NCBI GenBank assembly: GCA_951406725.2
Contig: OX597836.1
Span: 27,652,001-27,716,000, forward strand
DNA: 64,000 bases
Reading direction: 5' to 3'
Source of the DNA: Octopus vulgaris
Lineage: Eukaryota
The notes beneath the pieces were generated by a model, which had not been told where the DNA came from, did no database searches, and worked only from the letters and a program-made list of their open reading frames with translations. The number at the start of each line of letters is the position of its first letter. The first letter of the stretch is position 1. Shown here one piece after another: positions 12,153-25,282 of the stretch. The position numbers and the translations under genes are program-made.

Positions 12153-12587
12153 ACGCATACAATATAGCATGGATCAAGTACTGGAGTTAACATTTGGACG
12201 TAGACATGTCCCAGTGATAAAGTAGTTCGTTTACCATTCATGAAGTCTGTGCATGTCTTTATATTATATTTTGGGGTGAACTGATGCCTTTAGGGTGAAA
12301 ATAAATTGGCGGAAACTTTGTTTAAGCGTGATGTATGAATTTTAGTTGAAATCTAAAGACTCGGTGTTACAGTGTTACCTATACAATTTTCCTCTCAAAA
12401 TTTCACACGAAAAATGCTACTGGTTATCCTGAGGTTACGTAGAATAACCATAGCGAAAATACCGTGCAGTGGATTCGAACAAGAAACCATGAGTTCGTTA
12501 AGCGATTATGTAAAACACAAAGCTATAAACGTAACCAAATTTTTAGAGAAATGGTAATAGACGTATATATATGTATACATGTATATA

Positions 12588-12619
<32 letters not shown>

Positions 12620-12685
12620 GTAACAGTGATATGTATTGTGTATGAAGACAGAAGCATTGTATATAGGTATGTGTATATAGAACCA

Positions 12686-12861
12686 TTTCGTCTGCGTTAC
12701 GTTGTGAGTTCAAATTCCGCCGAGGTCGACTTTGCCTTTCATCCTTTCGGGGTCGATAAATTAAGTACCAGTTACGCACTGGGGTCGATGTAATCAACTT
12801 AATACCTATGTCTGTCCTTGTTTGTCCCCTCTGTGTTTAGCCCCTTGTGAGTAATAAAGAA
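12686..12861 (+). mobile_element. SINE family B, 5'-truncated, with TSD
   Basis: Direct repeat ATAGGTATGTGTATATAGAACCA at 12663-12685 and 12862-12884. Confidence 0.9.
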
Positions 12862-13191
12862 ATAGGTATGTGTATATAGAACCAGTACGTCGGTGGTTTG
12901 GACATATACGTATTCTCTAGTATACAGACGTGTGAATGTGTGAACAGATAAACACATATATTTATGAATATACATACATATGGAGAGCTGGATTGATATA
13001 TTGGTGTGTGAGTGTTTCGAGTGGGTGTATAGAATCGTAGATGCGTGTTTGGTGACACGTGTGTATGTACGTTTGCCAGCGAACCAAGTAGGAGGCACTC
13101 ATAAATGGTTTCATTTAATCAACTATACACCCACTTACTAGAAACGAAGTCTATCTACCTGTCTATCTGTCTGTACACCTGACTGTTTATC

Positions 13192-13222
<31 letters not shown>

Positions 13223-13414
13223 CTATATCTAGAGAAGGTGAGAGAGAGGAGAGAAAGGGAAAGTGAGATAAAAAAAAAATTGCTATATATATCTTTCTGT
13301 CTATTTGTAGGTTTATTCATCTCCGTGTATACATACACATACGATTATGTGCATAAATGAATGCGCCCACTCACATATCTATATTCGTTTTTACACACTC
13401 TCTTTCTACTTTTG

Positions 13415-13464
<50 letters not shown>

Positions 13465-13473
13465 CACGTGTAT

Positions 13474-13505
<32 letters not shown>

Positions 13506-13625
13506 CGATAGATAGATAAAAATAGATAATTATAAATGCATATATATATACATATATATACGTATATATATACATATGTATATATACATACACACACATA
13601 TATATAAAGACATATATATATACAA

Positions 13626-13656
<31 letters not shown>

Positions 13657-13731
13657 CACACACATACGCACACACACATGCACGCATATATATATATATA
13701 TATCGAGACGTATATGTATATATCCATATAT

Positions 13732-13766
<35 letters not shown>

Positions 13767-13828
13767 GAGAGAGAGAGAGAGAGAGAGAAGGGGGAGAGAG
13801 GGAGAGGGAGAGAGACAGACAGACAGAC

Positions 13829-13881
<53 letters not shown>

Positions 13882-13891
13882 TAGATAGATC

Positions 13892-13966
<75 letters not shown>

Positions 13967-14164
13967 GTATATATGCGTATGGTATATGTAAGTGAGTGTG
14001 TGTGTGTATGTGTGTGTCTCCCCAAGTTTTTCTACACTCGTGTTATTTCAGGTTATATAGCAATGATATTGCAAAAACTATTGACGGCAGTCGTATGGTT
14101 GCTGCCAGTAAAAAGAGATGAGATAGAGTAAACATGACTATATACACTTACTATATACACTTAC

Positions 14165-14195
<31 letters not shown>

Positions 14196-14307
14196 CACTT
14201 AAAAGTGTAGGAGAGAAAATAGGGAGCAAGGTGTGAGGAGCAAGGTAAGGTGGTGGGTGTTTTGAACCTCTTGCTTCCTGTATTCACGTGCACTGTATAT
14301 ATGTATA

Positions 14308-14375
<68 letters not shown>

Positions 14376-14508
14376 AATATACATATACATATATATGTAT
14401 ATATATACATACATACACACATACATACATATATATATATATATATGCATATATATATAGAGAGAGAGACATAAATATACACATATATATATACATACAC
14501 ACACATAC

Positions 14509-14598
<90 letters not shown>
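13415..14598. repeat. Compound TA/CA/GA/GATA microsatellite block
   Basis: Near-continuous low-complexity sequence. Confidence 0.9.
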
Positions 14599-14599
<1 letters not shown>

Positions 14600-14644
14600 T
14601 GAACGTGCGTGGCTTAGTGGTTAAGGTGTTGAACTCACGATTGC

Positions 14645-15669
14645 CATCTGGTGCATCTTTGTTTTTTGTTGCTTCTCCTATTTTCGTCGATTTTTCTGGA
14701 TGGCTGAAACGAAGAAACAGCGTAGTTCAGTGAAATCCTGTTTTCTGTTGGTGAAAACGGCGGCTGAAACAGTTGTCATGCTTCAAACAGCTTACGAGGA
14801 TGCCACGTTGAGAGAAATACAAGTTTACGAGTGGCTTTCACGCTTAAGGAATGGCCACTTATCACTTGAGGGCCAACGTCGTTCAGGACGAACATCGACC
14901 TCCCCCGAACGAATGAAAACATCGTGATAATTCATGAATTGATCTTAGAGGACTGAAACAGAACAATTGACGAACTTGTTGATATATCCTGGTGTATTCT
15001 GGAGCTCCTGCTAATGAATTTTGAGCGAGGAGTTACGAATGAAAAGAGTTGCAGCAAAATTTGTGCCTCCTTTGCTCACGGAAGATCAAAAGCAGTAACG
15101 ACTGAATGCGTGGAGTGAACTGAAAAAGCAGTTGGAAGTTGATCCGGACCTTTTTTCGAAGGTCATCACTGGAAATGGAAGCTGGTGCTATGGAATTTGC
15201 AGATGTGGAAGAAATGAAGAAAAAAAAACGACGGAGGCGTTAAAAGGCATCACTTTGTAAGAGTTCCAGCACTGCTTTGAACAATGGAAAAGGCGTCTGG
15301 GTTGATGCATTACCTCAAATGAAGAATACTTCGAAGGCGATAAAAGTGTAAACATAAAAAACTGAGTGAATAAAATAACATTACAAAATTCCTATTTCTT
15401 TATTACCCACAAGGGGCTAAACTTAGAGGGGACAAACAAGGACAGACATAGGTATTAAGTCGGTTACATCGACCACAGTGCGGAACTGGTACTTAATTTC
15501 TCGACCCCGAAAGGATGAAAGGCAAAGTCAACCTCGGCGGAATTTGAACTCACAACGTAACGGCAGACGAAATACCGCTAAGCATTTCGCCCGGCGTGCT
15601 AACGTTTCTGCCAGCTCGCCGCCTTCAAAACATTACAAAATTCCGGTTTCTTTGGGGTACTCCCTCGTA
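14645..15669 (+). mobile_element. mariner transposon remnant (internally deleted, frameshifted)
   Basis: [49 protein letters not shown], then AAKFVP and KVITG..WCY motifs. Right TIR TTCCGGTTTCTTTGGGGTACTCCCTCGTA. Confidence 0.85.
15393..15625 (-). mobile_element. SINE family B inserted in the mariner 3' end
   Basis: TSD AACATTACAAAATTCC at 15377-15392 and 15629-15644. Confidence 0.92.
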
Positions 15670-15684
15670 CTATCCTTAATAGAT

Positions 15685-15907
15685 ACTCTTTACTCGTTAC
15701 TCTTTAACTTGTTTCAGTCATTTGACTGCGGCCATGCTGGAGCACCGCCTTTAATCGAGCAACTCGACCCTGGGACTTATTCTTTTACAAGCCCAGTACT
15801 TATTCTATCGGTCTCTTTTGCCGAACCGCTAAGTAACGGGGACATAAACACACCAGCATCGGTTGTCAAGCAATGCTAGAGGGACAAACACAGATACACA
15901 AACACAC

Positions 15908-15944
<37 letters not shown>

Positions 15945-16161
15945 TACGACGGGCTTCTTTCAGTTTCCGTCTACCAAACCCACCCACAAGGCTTTGGTCG
16001 GCACGAGGCTATAGTAGAAGACACTCGCCCGAGGTGCCACGCAGTGGGACTGAACCCGGAACCATGTGGTTGGTAAACAAGCTACTTACCACACAGCCAC
16101 TCCTAGTGGGACTGAACCCAGAACCATGTGGTTGGTAAGCAAGCTACTTACCACACAGCCA
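15685..16161 (-). mobile_element. SINE family A with duplicated tRNA-like head
   Basis: Full body. AGTGGGACTGAACC..CCACACAGCCA is repeated at 16043-16099 and 16105-16161. Confidence 0.9.
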
Positions 16162-16425
16162 TGTTTGTTCTAGTCTTAATTTTTTTACGTTTAAAGTGTC
16201 TCTCATCATTAGTAGGCAGCCTGTATTTACGACTCTTCAAACTCAAGAATGCACAGTTACATAATCATTAATTTTAATCCTCTGCCTGATTTCTTTGATG
16301 CTCAACCGGTTATCTATCTCTCAGACATACAAATAATTGCCTAAATTTCATAAATTCACAATTTTTGCGACCATCTCATTACTCCTACGTAGAATTTAAA
16401 ACGTTTAATTTTGACCCTCCGAAAT

Positions 16426-16456
<31 letters not shown>

Positions 16457-16576
16457 GCGCATATATGTCTGTCTATCTGTCTGTCTGTCTGTATGTATAT
16501 ATGTATGCATGCAGGCATGCATCCATGTATGTATGTATGTATGTATATACATACATATATATGTGTGTGTGTGTGC

Positions 16577-16620
<44 letters not shown>

Positions 16621-16657
16621 ATATATATAAGTATATATATGTATGTATATATACATA

Positions 16658-16699
<42 letters not shown>

Positions 16700-16739
16700 T
16701 ACATATATACATATGTGTATGTATATATATATATTTATA

Positions 16740-16883
16740 TATTAGGTTGTCCCAAAAGTTCGTAAACACTTGCGAAAATTGAATTTTTACTCGCCAAGAA
16801 CTAACAAAAACAACAAAAATTATTCCTCAAAATAAAGACCATTATTTTCCAAGACTTTTTACGAACTTTTGGGACAACCTTAT
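16740..16883. mobile_element. mariner-derived MITE (~140 bp)
   Basis: TIRs TTAGGTTGTCCCAAAAGTTCGTAAA / TTTACGAACTTTTGGGACAACCTTA. Confidence 0.85.
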
Positions 16884-16914
16884 ACACACCAAAGCACATA
16901 AACGAAATGGAAGA

Positions 16915-17230
16915 TAGCAATTTCGGCCTTTTTTCTCTCCAAACTCTCTTCTTCCGAAGATTATTATACGCTTTAGCTGGCGCATTACTCTAACCCCATC
17001 CGGAATTCTAACATCCAATTCAGGCTCCTGATTCCAATCATTCGTGAATACAGTCCCGAAATTCTTAAACTTCTTCACTTCTCTCCTTGATATTTCACTA
17101 ACATGCAGAGTCTGCTGGGAAGACTTTCTTAACAGCTCCAAAGGTCCAATTTCTCCGTTTGCCCAACACTAACTCTCAATCTTGCTTTGCAGCATTTGGC
17201 AATGAACCCATTCAAGAACGCCCAGTCATA
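16915..17230 (-). pseudogene. RTE-clade LINE RT C-terminal fragment
   Basis: EVKKFKNFGTVFTNDWNQEPELDVRI..VMRQL resembles V..FKYLG..FT.DG...E+D.RI. Partial second copy at 19587-19705. Confidence 0.6.
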
Positions 17231-17310
17231 CAATGCTTAATAATCTTTGACTTTTTATTTATATTTTTCCAATTTCGTTTCAGATATATAATAATTCCTC
17301 ATAAGTTTGT

Positions 17311-17363
<53 letters not shown>

Positions 17364-17368
<5 letters not shown>

Positions 17369-17883
17369 TCAAAATAAAAACATGATGCCAAGGATTCAGC
17401 GGTATATATGTTTCGGGTCTTTATTAGACGGATTTATAACAATGCATAATGTGTGTCTGTGGCCTTCTTCAGCCGCGCACAACTACTACCTCAAGGACAT
17501 GTATTACATCAAAAATTCTACGTTGGGGATGCAAATCCTCTCATTCGCGTACGACATAATGCGGCAACAGCATAAAAATGAAGCGTCCATCTCGTCCTTC
17601 TCTCAATGTAGCGTCCATCTCGTCCTTCTCTCATTCTACATTGAGAGAAGGACGAGATGGACGCTCCATTTTTATGCTGTTGCCGCATTATGTCGTACGC
17701 GAATAAGAGGATTACCATCCCCAACGTAGAATTTTTGATGTAATACATGTCCTTGAGGTAGTAGTTGTGCGCGGCTGAAGAAGGCCACAGACACACATTA
17801 TGCATTGTTATAAATCCGTCTAATAAAGGCCCGAAACATATGTACCGCTGAATCCTTGGCATCATGTTTTTATTTTGATTAAT
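17364..17883. repeat. Long palindrome (arms ~248 bp, 24-nt spacer), PLE pLTR-like
   Basis: 17364-17611 is the reverse complement of 17636-17883 with about 6 mismatches. Flanked by (TA)n. Confidence 0.95.
17771..17848 (+). ncRNA. Type-I hammerhead ribozyme motif with long loop II
   Basis: GCGG-CTGAAGA-aGGCC-(~40 nt)-GGCCc-GAAACATATGTA-CCGC. A mirror copy with a mutated stem III lies on the minus strand at 17399-17476. Confidence 0.72.
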
Positions 17884-17962
17884 TTACTCAACCACCTACA
17901 ACACCAAACGGTGTATACAGGTGCTTACAATTATCAAGTACTCACCCTGAATTTCTGTACCC

Positions 17963-17992
<30 letters not shown>

Positions 17993-17997
<5 letters not shown>

Positions 17998-18403
17998 CTA
18001 TCCTTTTAGTAGAACTCTCTGTACGGATAACTATTGCACTGTATGTAGATTTAGCCCACAAACAAACTGTAAAGCCAGAAATGTGGTCTATAGTATAAGA
18101 TGTATAGAGGGACGATGCAGTAACAAGACAGTAACATACGTAGGGGAAACAGCAAGAAGCATTGGAGAGCGGGTGAATGAACATTGGAGACAACTCAAGG
18201 AAGGTAAAAGCTCATCGATTCTGTACCAACATGCCGAACAAGAACACGGGGGATCAATCAATAACATAGAGATTAAGATATTGTCCACACATAGAACAGA
18301 TGCAACAATTAGACAAATTACAGAAGCTACACATATTATAGAAAATAAACCTAGCCTGAATAGAAAACTAGAATGGAGCAATAGCACACACCACAACATA
18401 TGA
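17993..18403 (+). pseudogene. Penelope-like element GIY-YIG endonuclease C-terminal fragment (5'-truncated, frame open)
   Basis: PF..LCTDNYCTVC....[13 protein letters not shown]...C....[38 protein letters not shown]. Starts directly after a (TA)n tract. Confidence 0.9.
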
Positions 18404-18476
18404 CGATAGTGGATCCTGCAAACATAATAAAGACACAGATAATTAAAGAAATAGAAATGAATAACTATATATATAT

Positions 18477-18530
<54 letters not shown>

Positions 18531-18547
18531 GTGTATATATGTGTGTA

Positions 18548-18592
<45 letters not shown>

Positions 18593-19068
18593 TTGCGATT
18601 AGATTTATTATTATTATTACTAATATTGTTGTTATACATACATACAAGCATATGTAATGATAATAATGGGTGGATGTAAGCACATGAACAAAATTCGTAC
18701 AAAAGCAACAACAACAAAAATAAAATACAAATTACAAGAATGTATATAAACAGAAGATAGAAATATTACAGACAACCCGCCCACACACACACTAAATAAA
18801 CATAGACGCACATAGAGATATAAGCATGCGCAAATGAAGACATACAATAGAAATACAAAATGACTGACGGTTAGTAAGGAGAGACACAAGTAAGTGAGAA
18901 GAAAACAAAGGACCACTGATGCGGTCACAGGAGTGTGACGAAAGAACTTTGGCCGAAATAAGATTAAGATTAATGTAAAAAATAAATATCACTGAAGCAA
19001 AATAACACCAAATATATAGTGCGTGTGTTTTTATTGGCTAAACTGGCAATATGACCATTCCGAAATAT

Positions 19069-19135
<67 letters not shown>

Positions 19136-19291
19136 GAGAATTTACGAAAAAAATCAAAAGACGAACACAGGCGGTGTACAAAACAAACAGATGTATTAGT
19201 ATAACGCTCAGGAATAGAAAAAGCCTTTTACGTTTCGAGCCTACGTAAAAACAAGGAGAGAAAAAAATGTGTGTAGTGGCTAACGATCTAT

Positions 19292-19350
<59 letters not shown>

Positions 19351-19513
19351 CGTAACATATAATTGCCAATCAAGCGTGGCATCCTATACAGGACAGTGCT
19401 ACTGACGTTTATAGCTCCAGGAAGAAATCTCTTCCAGCTGATTAACGACACACATTCTTTGTCCAATTAGCATTTGCAAGGGGAGGCCATCGCTCCCACC
19501 CCTAGCATGTGTG

Positions 19514-19590
<77 letters not shown>

Positions 19591-19864
19591 CATGCAGAGT
19601 CTGCTGGGAAGACTTTCTTAACACCTCCAATCTCTTTGTTTTCCCAACACTAATTCTAAATCCTGCCTTGCAGCATTTGGCAATGAACCCATTCAAGAAC
19701 GCCTAGTCAAACAATGCTTAAAAATCTTTCACTTTTCAATTTATATTTTTCCAGTTTCGTTTCACATAAATGATAATTCCTCACAAGTTTGTATTTCTTG
19801 TTACGATACTTAATTCTAGCAATTTTATAAGGCATAATCGCGAAAATGTACAGAAAATTACTGC

Positions 19865-20012
19865 TCAGTGATAAGAAATTTATTTCCCGACCATATGGTT
19901 CTGGGTTCGGTTCCAGTGCGTGGTAACTTCGGCAATTGCCTTTTACTCTAGCCTCGGGTCTACCGAGGCCTTGCGAATACAATTGGTAGGCAGAAGCTGA
20001 AAGAAACTCGTA
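19865..20012 (+). mobile_element. SINE family A 5' part, degenerate
   Basis: GGTTCTGGGTTCGGTTCC..TAGCCTCGGG..GCTGAAAGAAACTCGTAT. Confidence 0.65.
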
Positions 20013-20064
20013 TGTTGTGCGCCCTACATGTTGATATACATAATTTTAACGAATCCTAAAGCTG

Positions 20065-20152
<88 letters not shown>

Positions 20153-20169
20153 GTCAGTCAGTCCATCCA

Positions 20170-20225
<56 letters not shown>

Positions 20226-20334
20226 TATGTGTGTGTGTGTGTGTGTGTGTATAATCAATATATATATAATTAATAAATTACCAGTGGCTTAGCGTGTAAA
20301 AATTTAGTCAATAGACTATATATTATTCATATAA

Positions 20335-20632
20335 ATACAGTGTACATTTAAACACATAAGAGGTATCCATCATAGGACTACCTGCATGCTAGAGAGGACT
20401 GTTAAATTCCAAACCACTATTAGGGATAAAATTTCGAAGGGAAGAAGACTTCGCCTAGCAAATTATTTTATTTGCTAAAAAAAGTCTAAAACCATTGGTC
20501 CGTGGATGGTAAATGTTTTTATTTTTCATTCCATTCAAAATTGTATCCCTAATAGTGGTTTAGAATTTAACTGTCCTCTCTAGCCTGCATGAAGTCCTAT
20601 GAATGATACCCCTTTTGTGTTTAAATGTACAC

Positions 20633-20637
<5 letters not shown>
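20335..20637. repeat. Diverged inverted repeat (~93 bp arms) between TA tracts
   Basis: 20335-20428 matches the reverse complement of 20544-20637. Confidence 0.8.
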
Positions 20638-20681
<44 letters not shown>

Positions 20682-20944
20682 TACTATGGTAATCCCTCAA
20701 GGTCGAGGATGATGGTCTTTGCGCAAATTTATTGGTGAGTCCGCAGGTGACTGATAAGACCAATTCTTGCACGAAGTGGATGTAGGTAATTGTTTTATTG
20801 GACGAATTATCTGTCATCGGGTTCAATTAAAACTTATACCATTTAAAGCTTAGACAGAAAGTCTGATGCGAAAGTAAAGGACAGGAAACGTGCGGGCAGT
20901 CAGATTCTAGATTATCAAGGCCAGTACAACTTGACAATATTTAT

Positions 20945-21670
20945 GACGCGATATTCCGTTATGCAACCATGATATAATACAAAATATATCAAATGTTTTT
21001 ACAAGTCAATACCGTGTTCTACTGTGTTAGCAGTGCTACAATATTACTTGTTACGGTCATCTCTACAGATTGTCTACAGAAATTAAAGCCAGCACTGATT
21101 TTTGCTACGACGTTTCGTACGTAAGACGTCAGCTGTAAACAAACAATGAGATCGAAGATGAAAAAGGGTGATGGGCGCACATACCATATTTCTGCGTGGT
21201 TTGCCCTTCACCAGCACCCATCTAACCCTTTAATCATCCCCGGACACATTACTTAAGCAGCCACTGTATACAGCGGTGTACGGTTATTGGGTCTACCAAT
21301 TTTACATATTAAGCGCATTCCTGGAAGCTGGTGCGTAAATACTTATGTCTTGTGCGGACGCGGTATTTCGTTCTGCAACCATAACACTGTAAAATATATG
21401 AAACGTTTTTATAAGTCAATACCATATCCTACTGTGTTAGCAGTGTTTTACATCACTTGCTAAGGTTCTCTCTACAGAGATTTTATAGAAATTATTGCCA
21501 GCTCTGATTTTTGTTCCGACGTTTCGTACCTGAGACATCAGATGTGAACAAACAATGCGATTTCAATTTTTGTATCTGACGTCTCGGATACGAAACGTCA
21601 AATACAAAAATAAGTTCTAGCCTATAATTTCTATAAAGCATCTGTAGAAATAACCTTAACAAATGAAAGT
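20945..21670. repeat. Two direct copies plus one inverted partial copy of a hammerhead-like unit
   Basis: 20945-21150 is similar to 21357-21562 (period ~412). 21565-21670 is inverted. Each carries CTGA(C/T)GT...GAAACGTC. Confidence 0.75.
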
Positions 21671-22139
21671 TAATATATTTATAGTGGGCGGCAGGGTTGG
21701 ATATTCTTTTACAGTGACAAGCAAAATTGCCAACATGGAAGAAATCTAATTATCTTGTCATACCCTACTGACCCCTCGTTTATCAATCTGGCTCCCTCTG
21801 TTCCTTTGGTTCCCTTGTATGAATGTGATCACTTAAACCTGCCCCATTCGGAATTACAGAAATATATTGATCTGTGGGATACCGGAATCAATCAGCATAA
21901 TATATTTTGAAACAGTGTTTCGAAGAATCATCTCCGACATGCGTTGTAAAAGAAATCCTAGAATAGATATGGAAATTAATATTTAGCTGCTGCCAACACG
22001 GTTACAACGTGCATCTGTTGTTTCAGTTGAGGGATTCGTAAAATGCTTAGAGGATATATATATATATATATTGATAAAACGGTAAGATAACAAAAGAAAG
22101 AAAGAGACCTCAATATTATGTAAATAGAGGAAATTTATC

Positions 22140-22397
22140 TATACAATAATATGTTACTTTACTCGGTAGTCAAGATAAAACTCTGAGTTTCAGATGCCGA
22201 AGTGGAAATCCACAACACCATCTCTTCGGTTATCTGGCTATTTGAAAACGCTATGAAAAAATACCGTATTACAAAATACGGTATTTTTTCATAGCGTTTT
22301 CAAATAGCCAGATAACCGAAGAGATGGTGTTGTGGATTTCCACTTCGGCATCTGAAACTCAGAGTTTTATCTTGACTACCGAGTAAAGTAACATATT

Positions 22398-22405
<8 letters not shown>
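22140..22405. repeat. Perfect palindrome, 131-bp arms, 4-nt loop
   Basis: 22140-22270 / 22275-22405 with loop ACAA. TA tracts on both sides. Confidence 0.95.
22311..22371 (+). ncRNA. Variant hammerhead motif (CCGAAGA core)
   Basis: GATAA-CCGAAGA-GATG..CATCt-GAAACTCAGAGTT-TTATC. Identical mirror copy in the left arm on the minus strand. Confidence 0.5.
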
Positions 22406-22454
<49 letters not shown>

Positions 22455-22543
22455 AACAACAAATATGTACGAAAAGAATCATACCTTTATTTTAGATCTC
22501 ATCTTAAATATCCACCAACTGTTTCAATTGCAGTAACACACAT

Positions 22544-22585
<42 letters not shown>

Positions 22586-22654
22586 ACACACACACACACA
22601 TACACATAAACAATTGCTATCTGCCAGGATTTCTTCAATCCCATTTTTTCTTCT

Positions 22655-22693
<39 letters not shown>

Positions 22694-22831
22694 TATATGT
22701 TTTTAATGTTACTTAATATGTATTCAGTGGTCTTTTGAAACGTTTGTAGTGCTGCTATATATGAATGATAGGAATGGAAAAACTATTCATGTATTTATAT
22801 TATACACACACATTTCTTTATATATATATAT

Positions 22832-22976
22832 ATATTATATAAAATCCGTTATGCCTGTCTGTCTGTGTGTCTTCTAGGATCTCGGGCATCTTCCATCCGA
22901 TTGCGTTCAAATTTGATATTTAGATACCTACGGTATCAGGGCGTGTATATAAGTCTTGAAAAAATTACAAAAATCG
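22832..22976 (+). mobile_element. Helitron-like 5' fragment
   Basis: TATATAAA..(GTCT)n..CCGATT..AAATTTG organisation similar to the element at 11047. No 3' end seen. Confidence 0.35.
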
Positions 22977-23056
22977 TACATGTGTGTATGTGTGTGTGTG
23001 TATGTGTGCGTGCGTATGTGTGTGTGTGTGTAGAACTTGCTTAAGTTATGATAATA

Positions 23057-23298
23057 TACAGGGTGTTCAAAAAGTCTCTCCGCAGTATTTTATTGCCGAC
23101 TAAATATTTATAAGATGGTGTAAGACAACAAAAGAATATATTAGACTTTACAAAACTTTCAAAGAATTTTATAAGAGGTATTGAAAGTATCGTCCTTCAT
23201 TTTCAATGCATGAGTTGACTGTTCTAACACATGTTTTGAAATACATGCGCAGAATGAAAAAAATTCACTGCGGTGAGAGAATTTTTGAACATCGTGCA
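23057..23298. mobile_element. Tc1/mariner-superfamily MITE
   Basis: TIR TACAGGGTGTTCAAAAAGTCTCTCCGCAGT. Minus strand keeps a transposase C-terminus VNSCIENEGRYFQYLL*. Second copy at 39856-40546. Confidence 0.8.
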
Positions 23299-23979
23299 TA
23301 ACAAGCAAATACTAGATTCGATACGCTGATGTAGGCATAGGTTGGCGGTTAAGCAGTTAAGCATTGCAAGAAAGAGATCTCGGTTTCGTACACACTGCTC
23401 TCGCTGAGAGTGTTTTCTGACCTGTGTAACTTGTAGGCGGAAACTACCAATAATAGTAATTATTAATGTTTAACAGTTATTCTTAAAATTGCTTTAGGAG
23501 AATCGTCTTAGGTAAAACACACACGTGTGTGTATGTGTGATAATGGTAATGATGACGACAAACACGATAAAGATGATAAACACGATGACAAAACAACGAC
23601 ATTAACAGCCATGAAAATGGTGGTAACGACAGCAGTACACATGCTTTCAATATATCAACGAGGAAGACAGAAGCAGTCTCGAGATGTAGCATGTAGAGGC
23701 GACGGTGATGGCGGTCGTGCTGTTGTTGATGGTGGTGGTGGTGGTGGTGGTGACGGTGGTCAGTGAAGTAGGCAGAAAATGCCACATGCCGAGAAACATT
23801 ATTTATTTATGAAATATCACTACTTCTGGTAAGTTCCGAGAGAGGTAAGTGGAGAGAGGGAAGGAGCAGGGGTAGTGTTCGGTTTTCTTCGTTCTGGCAC
23901 GTTCTATTGTGCTTCGGAAAGTTCAGCGATACACTGGTTGTAGGTTCATATTTTCACACTGTTGCACACGTACATCGTC

Positions 23980-23990
23980 ACACAGACACA

Positions 23991-24068
<78 letters not shown>

Positions 24069-24156
24069 AACACACACACAAACACACACACACACGTATA
24101 GATATATGCATTCACCAACGTATTGATTTATTTATATATCTATCTATATATATATG

Positions 24157-24194
<38 letters not shown>

Positions 24195-24460
24195 AAAGTA
24201 TCTATATATATGTGTATGTATATATGTGTACATATATTTATATTTATATATAAATATATATACACGTGTGTGTGTATGAGTGTACGTAAGTGTGTGTGTG
24301 TGTGTGTGTGTGTGTATGCGCGCGTATGTGTATACGTATATATGCATATATACGCATATATACCCATATAGAAACAATTAACATATTATTGGTAAATATA
24401 TGTATAGATGTATCTATGTGTGTGTGCGTGTATATACGTATAAATGCGTATATATATGTA

Positions 24461-24510
<50 letters not shown>

Positions 24511-24566
24511 TATGTATATACATGTAAATATATATGTCTATATATATGTATATATGTATATATGTA

Positions 24567-24629
<63 letters not shown>

Positions 24630-24914
24630 GCGCGCGCGTATGTGGATGTTATTAGGGTCGAGTATAGAGAAGCATTTATAATTACTGAGACGCATTTATC
24701 TACTTATCTATTTGCGCAGTTGGTATATGTGTGTATGTGTGTGTATATATATATATACATATATGTACGCGTGTAGCATATATATGATATACATATGCGT
24801 GTATGTATATATGTATATATATACATACACGTATATATACATATATACATATATACATATATACATACATGCATACATACATACAGAAGTATGTTTATGT
24901 ACATATATATGTAC

Positions 24915-24967
<53 letters not shown>

Positions 24968-25092
24968 CATACCCATACACACACACGAGCACATACACAC
25001 ATCCATATACACACACACTATACACACACATATATTTAAATGTGCATACACCAATGTGCTTGCGTGAGTACACGTATATGTGTGTGCGTGTG

Positions 25093-25154
<62 letters not shown>

Positions 25155-25205
25155 CATGCAGATGCATGTGACTTTGTTAGTGTTTATAAATGTTTGTATG
25201 TATGT
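23980..25205. repeat. Compound CA/TA/TG microsatellite block
   Basis: Low-complexity sequence. Confidence 0.9.
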
Positions 25206-25213
25206 GTGTCACA

Positions 25214-25282
25214 GGTGGTGAATTGGCGGAGTCGTTAGAGCACCAGATACTAGTCTCTGGATATCTGTGTTCGAATTCCACC
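25214..25282 (+). mobile_element. tRNA-like head (A box and B box) of an uncharacterised SINE or tRNA pseudogene
   Basis: TGGCGGAGTCGTTAG ... GTTCGAATTCC. No clean cloverleaf. Confidence 0.45.

Noticed and set aside
13456-14602. Many [12 protein letters not shown] ORFs here and throughout the window
   Set aside because: They are translations of dinucleotide and tetranucleotide microsatellites.
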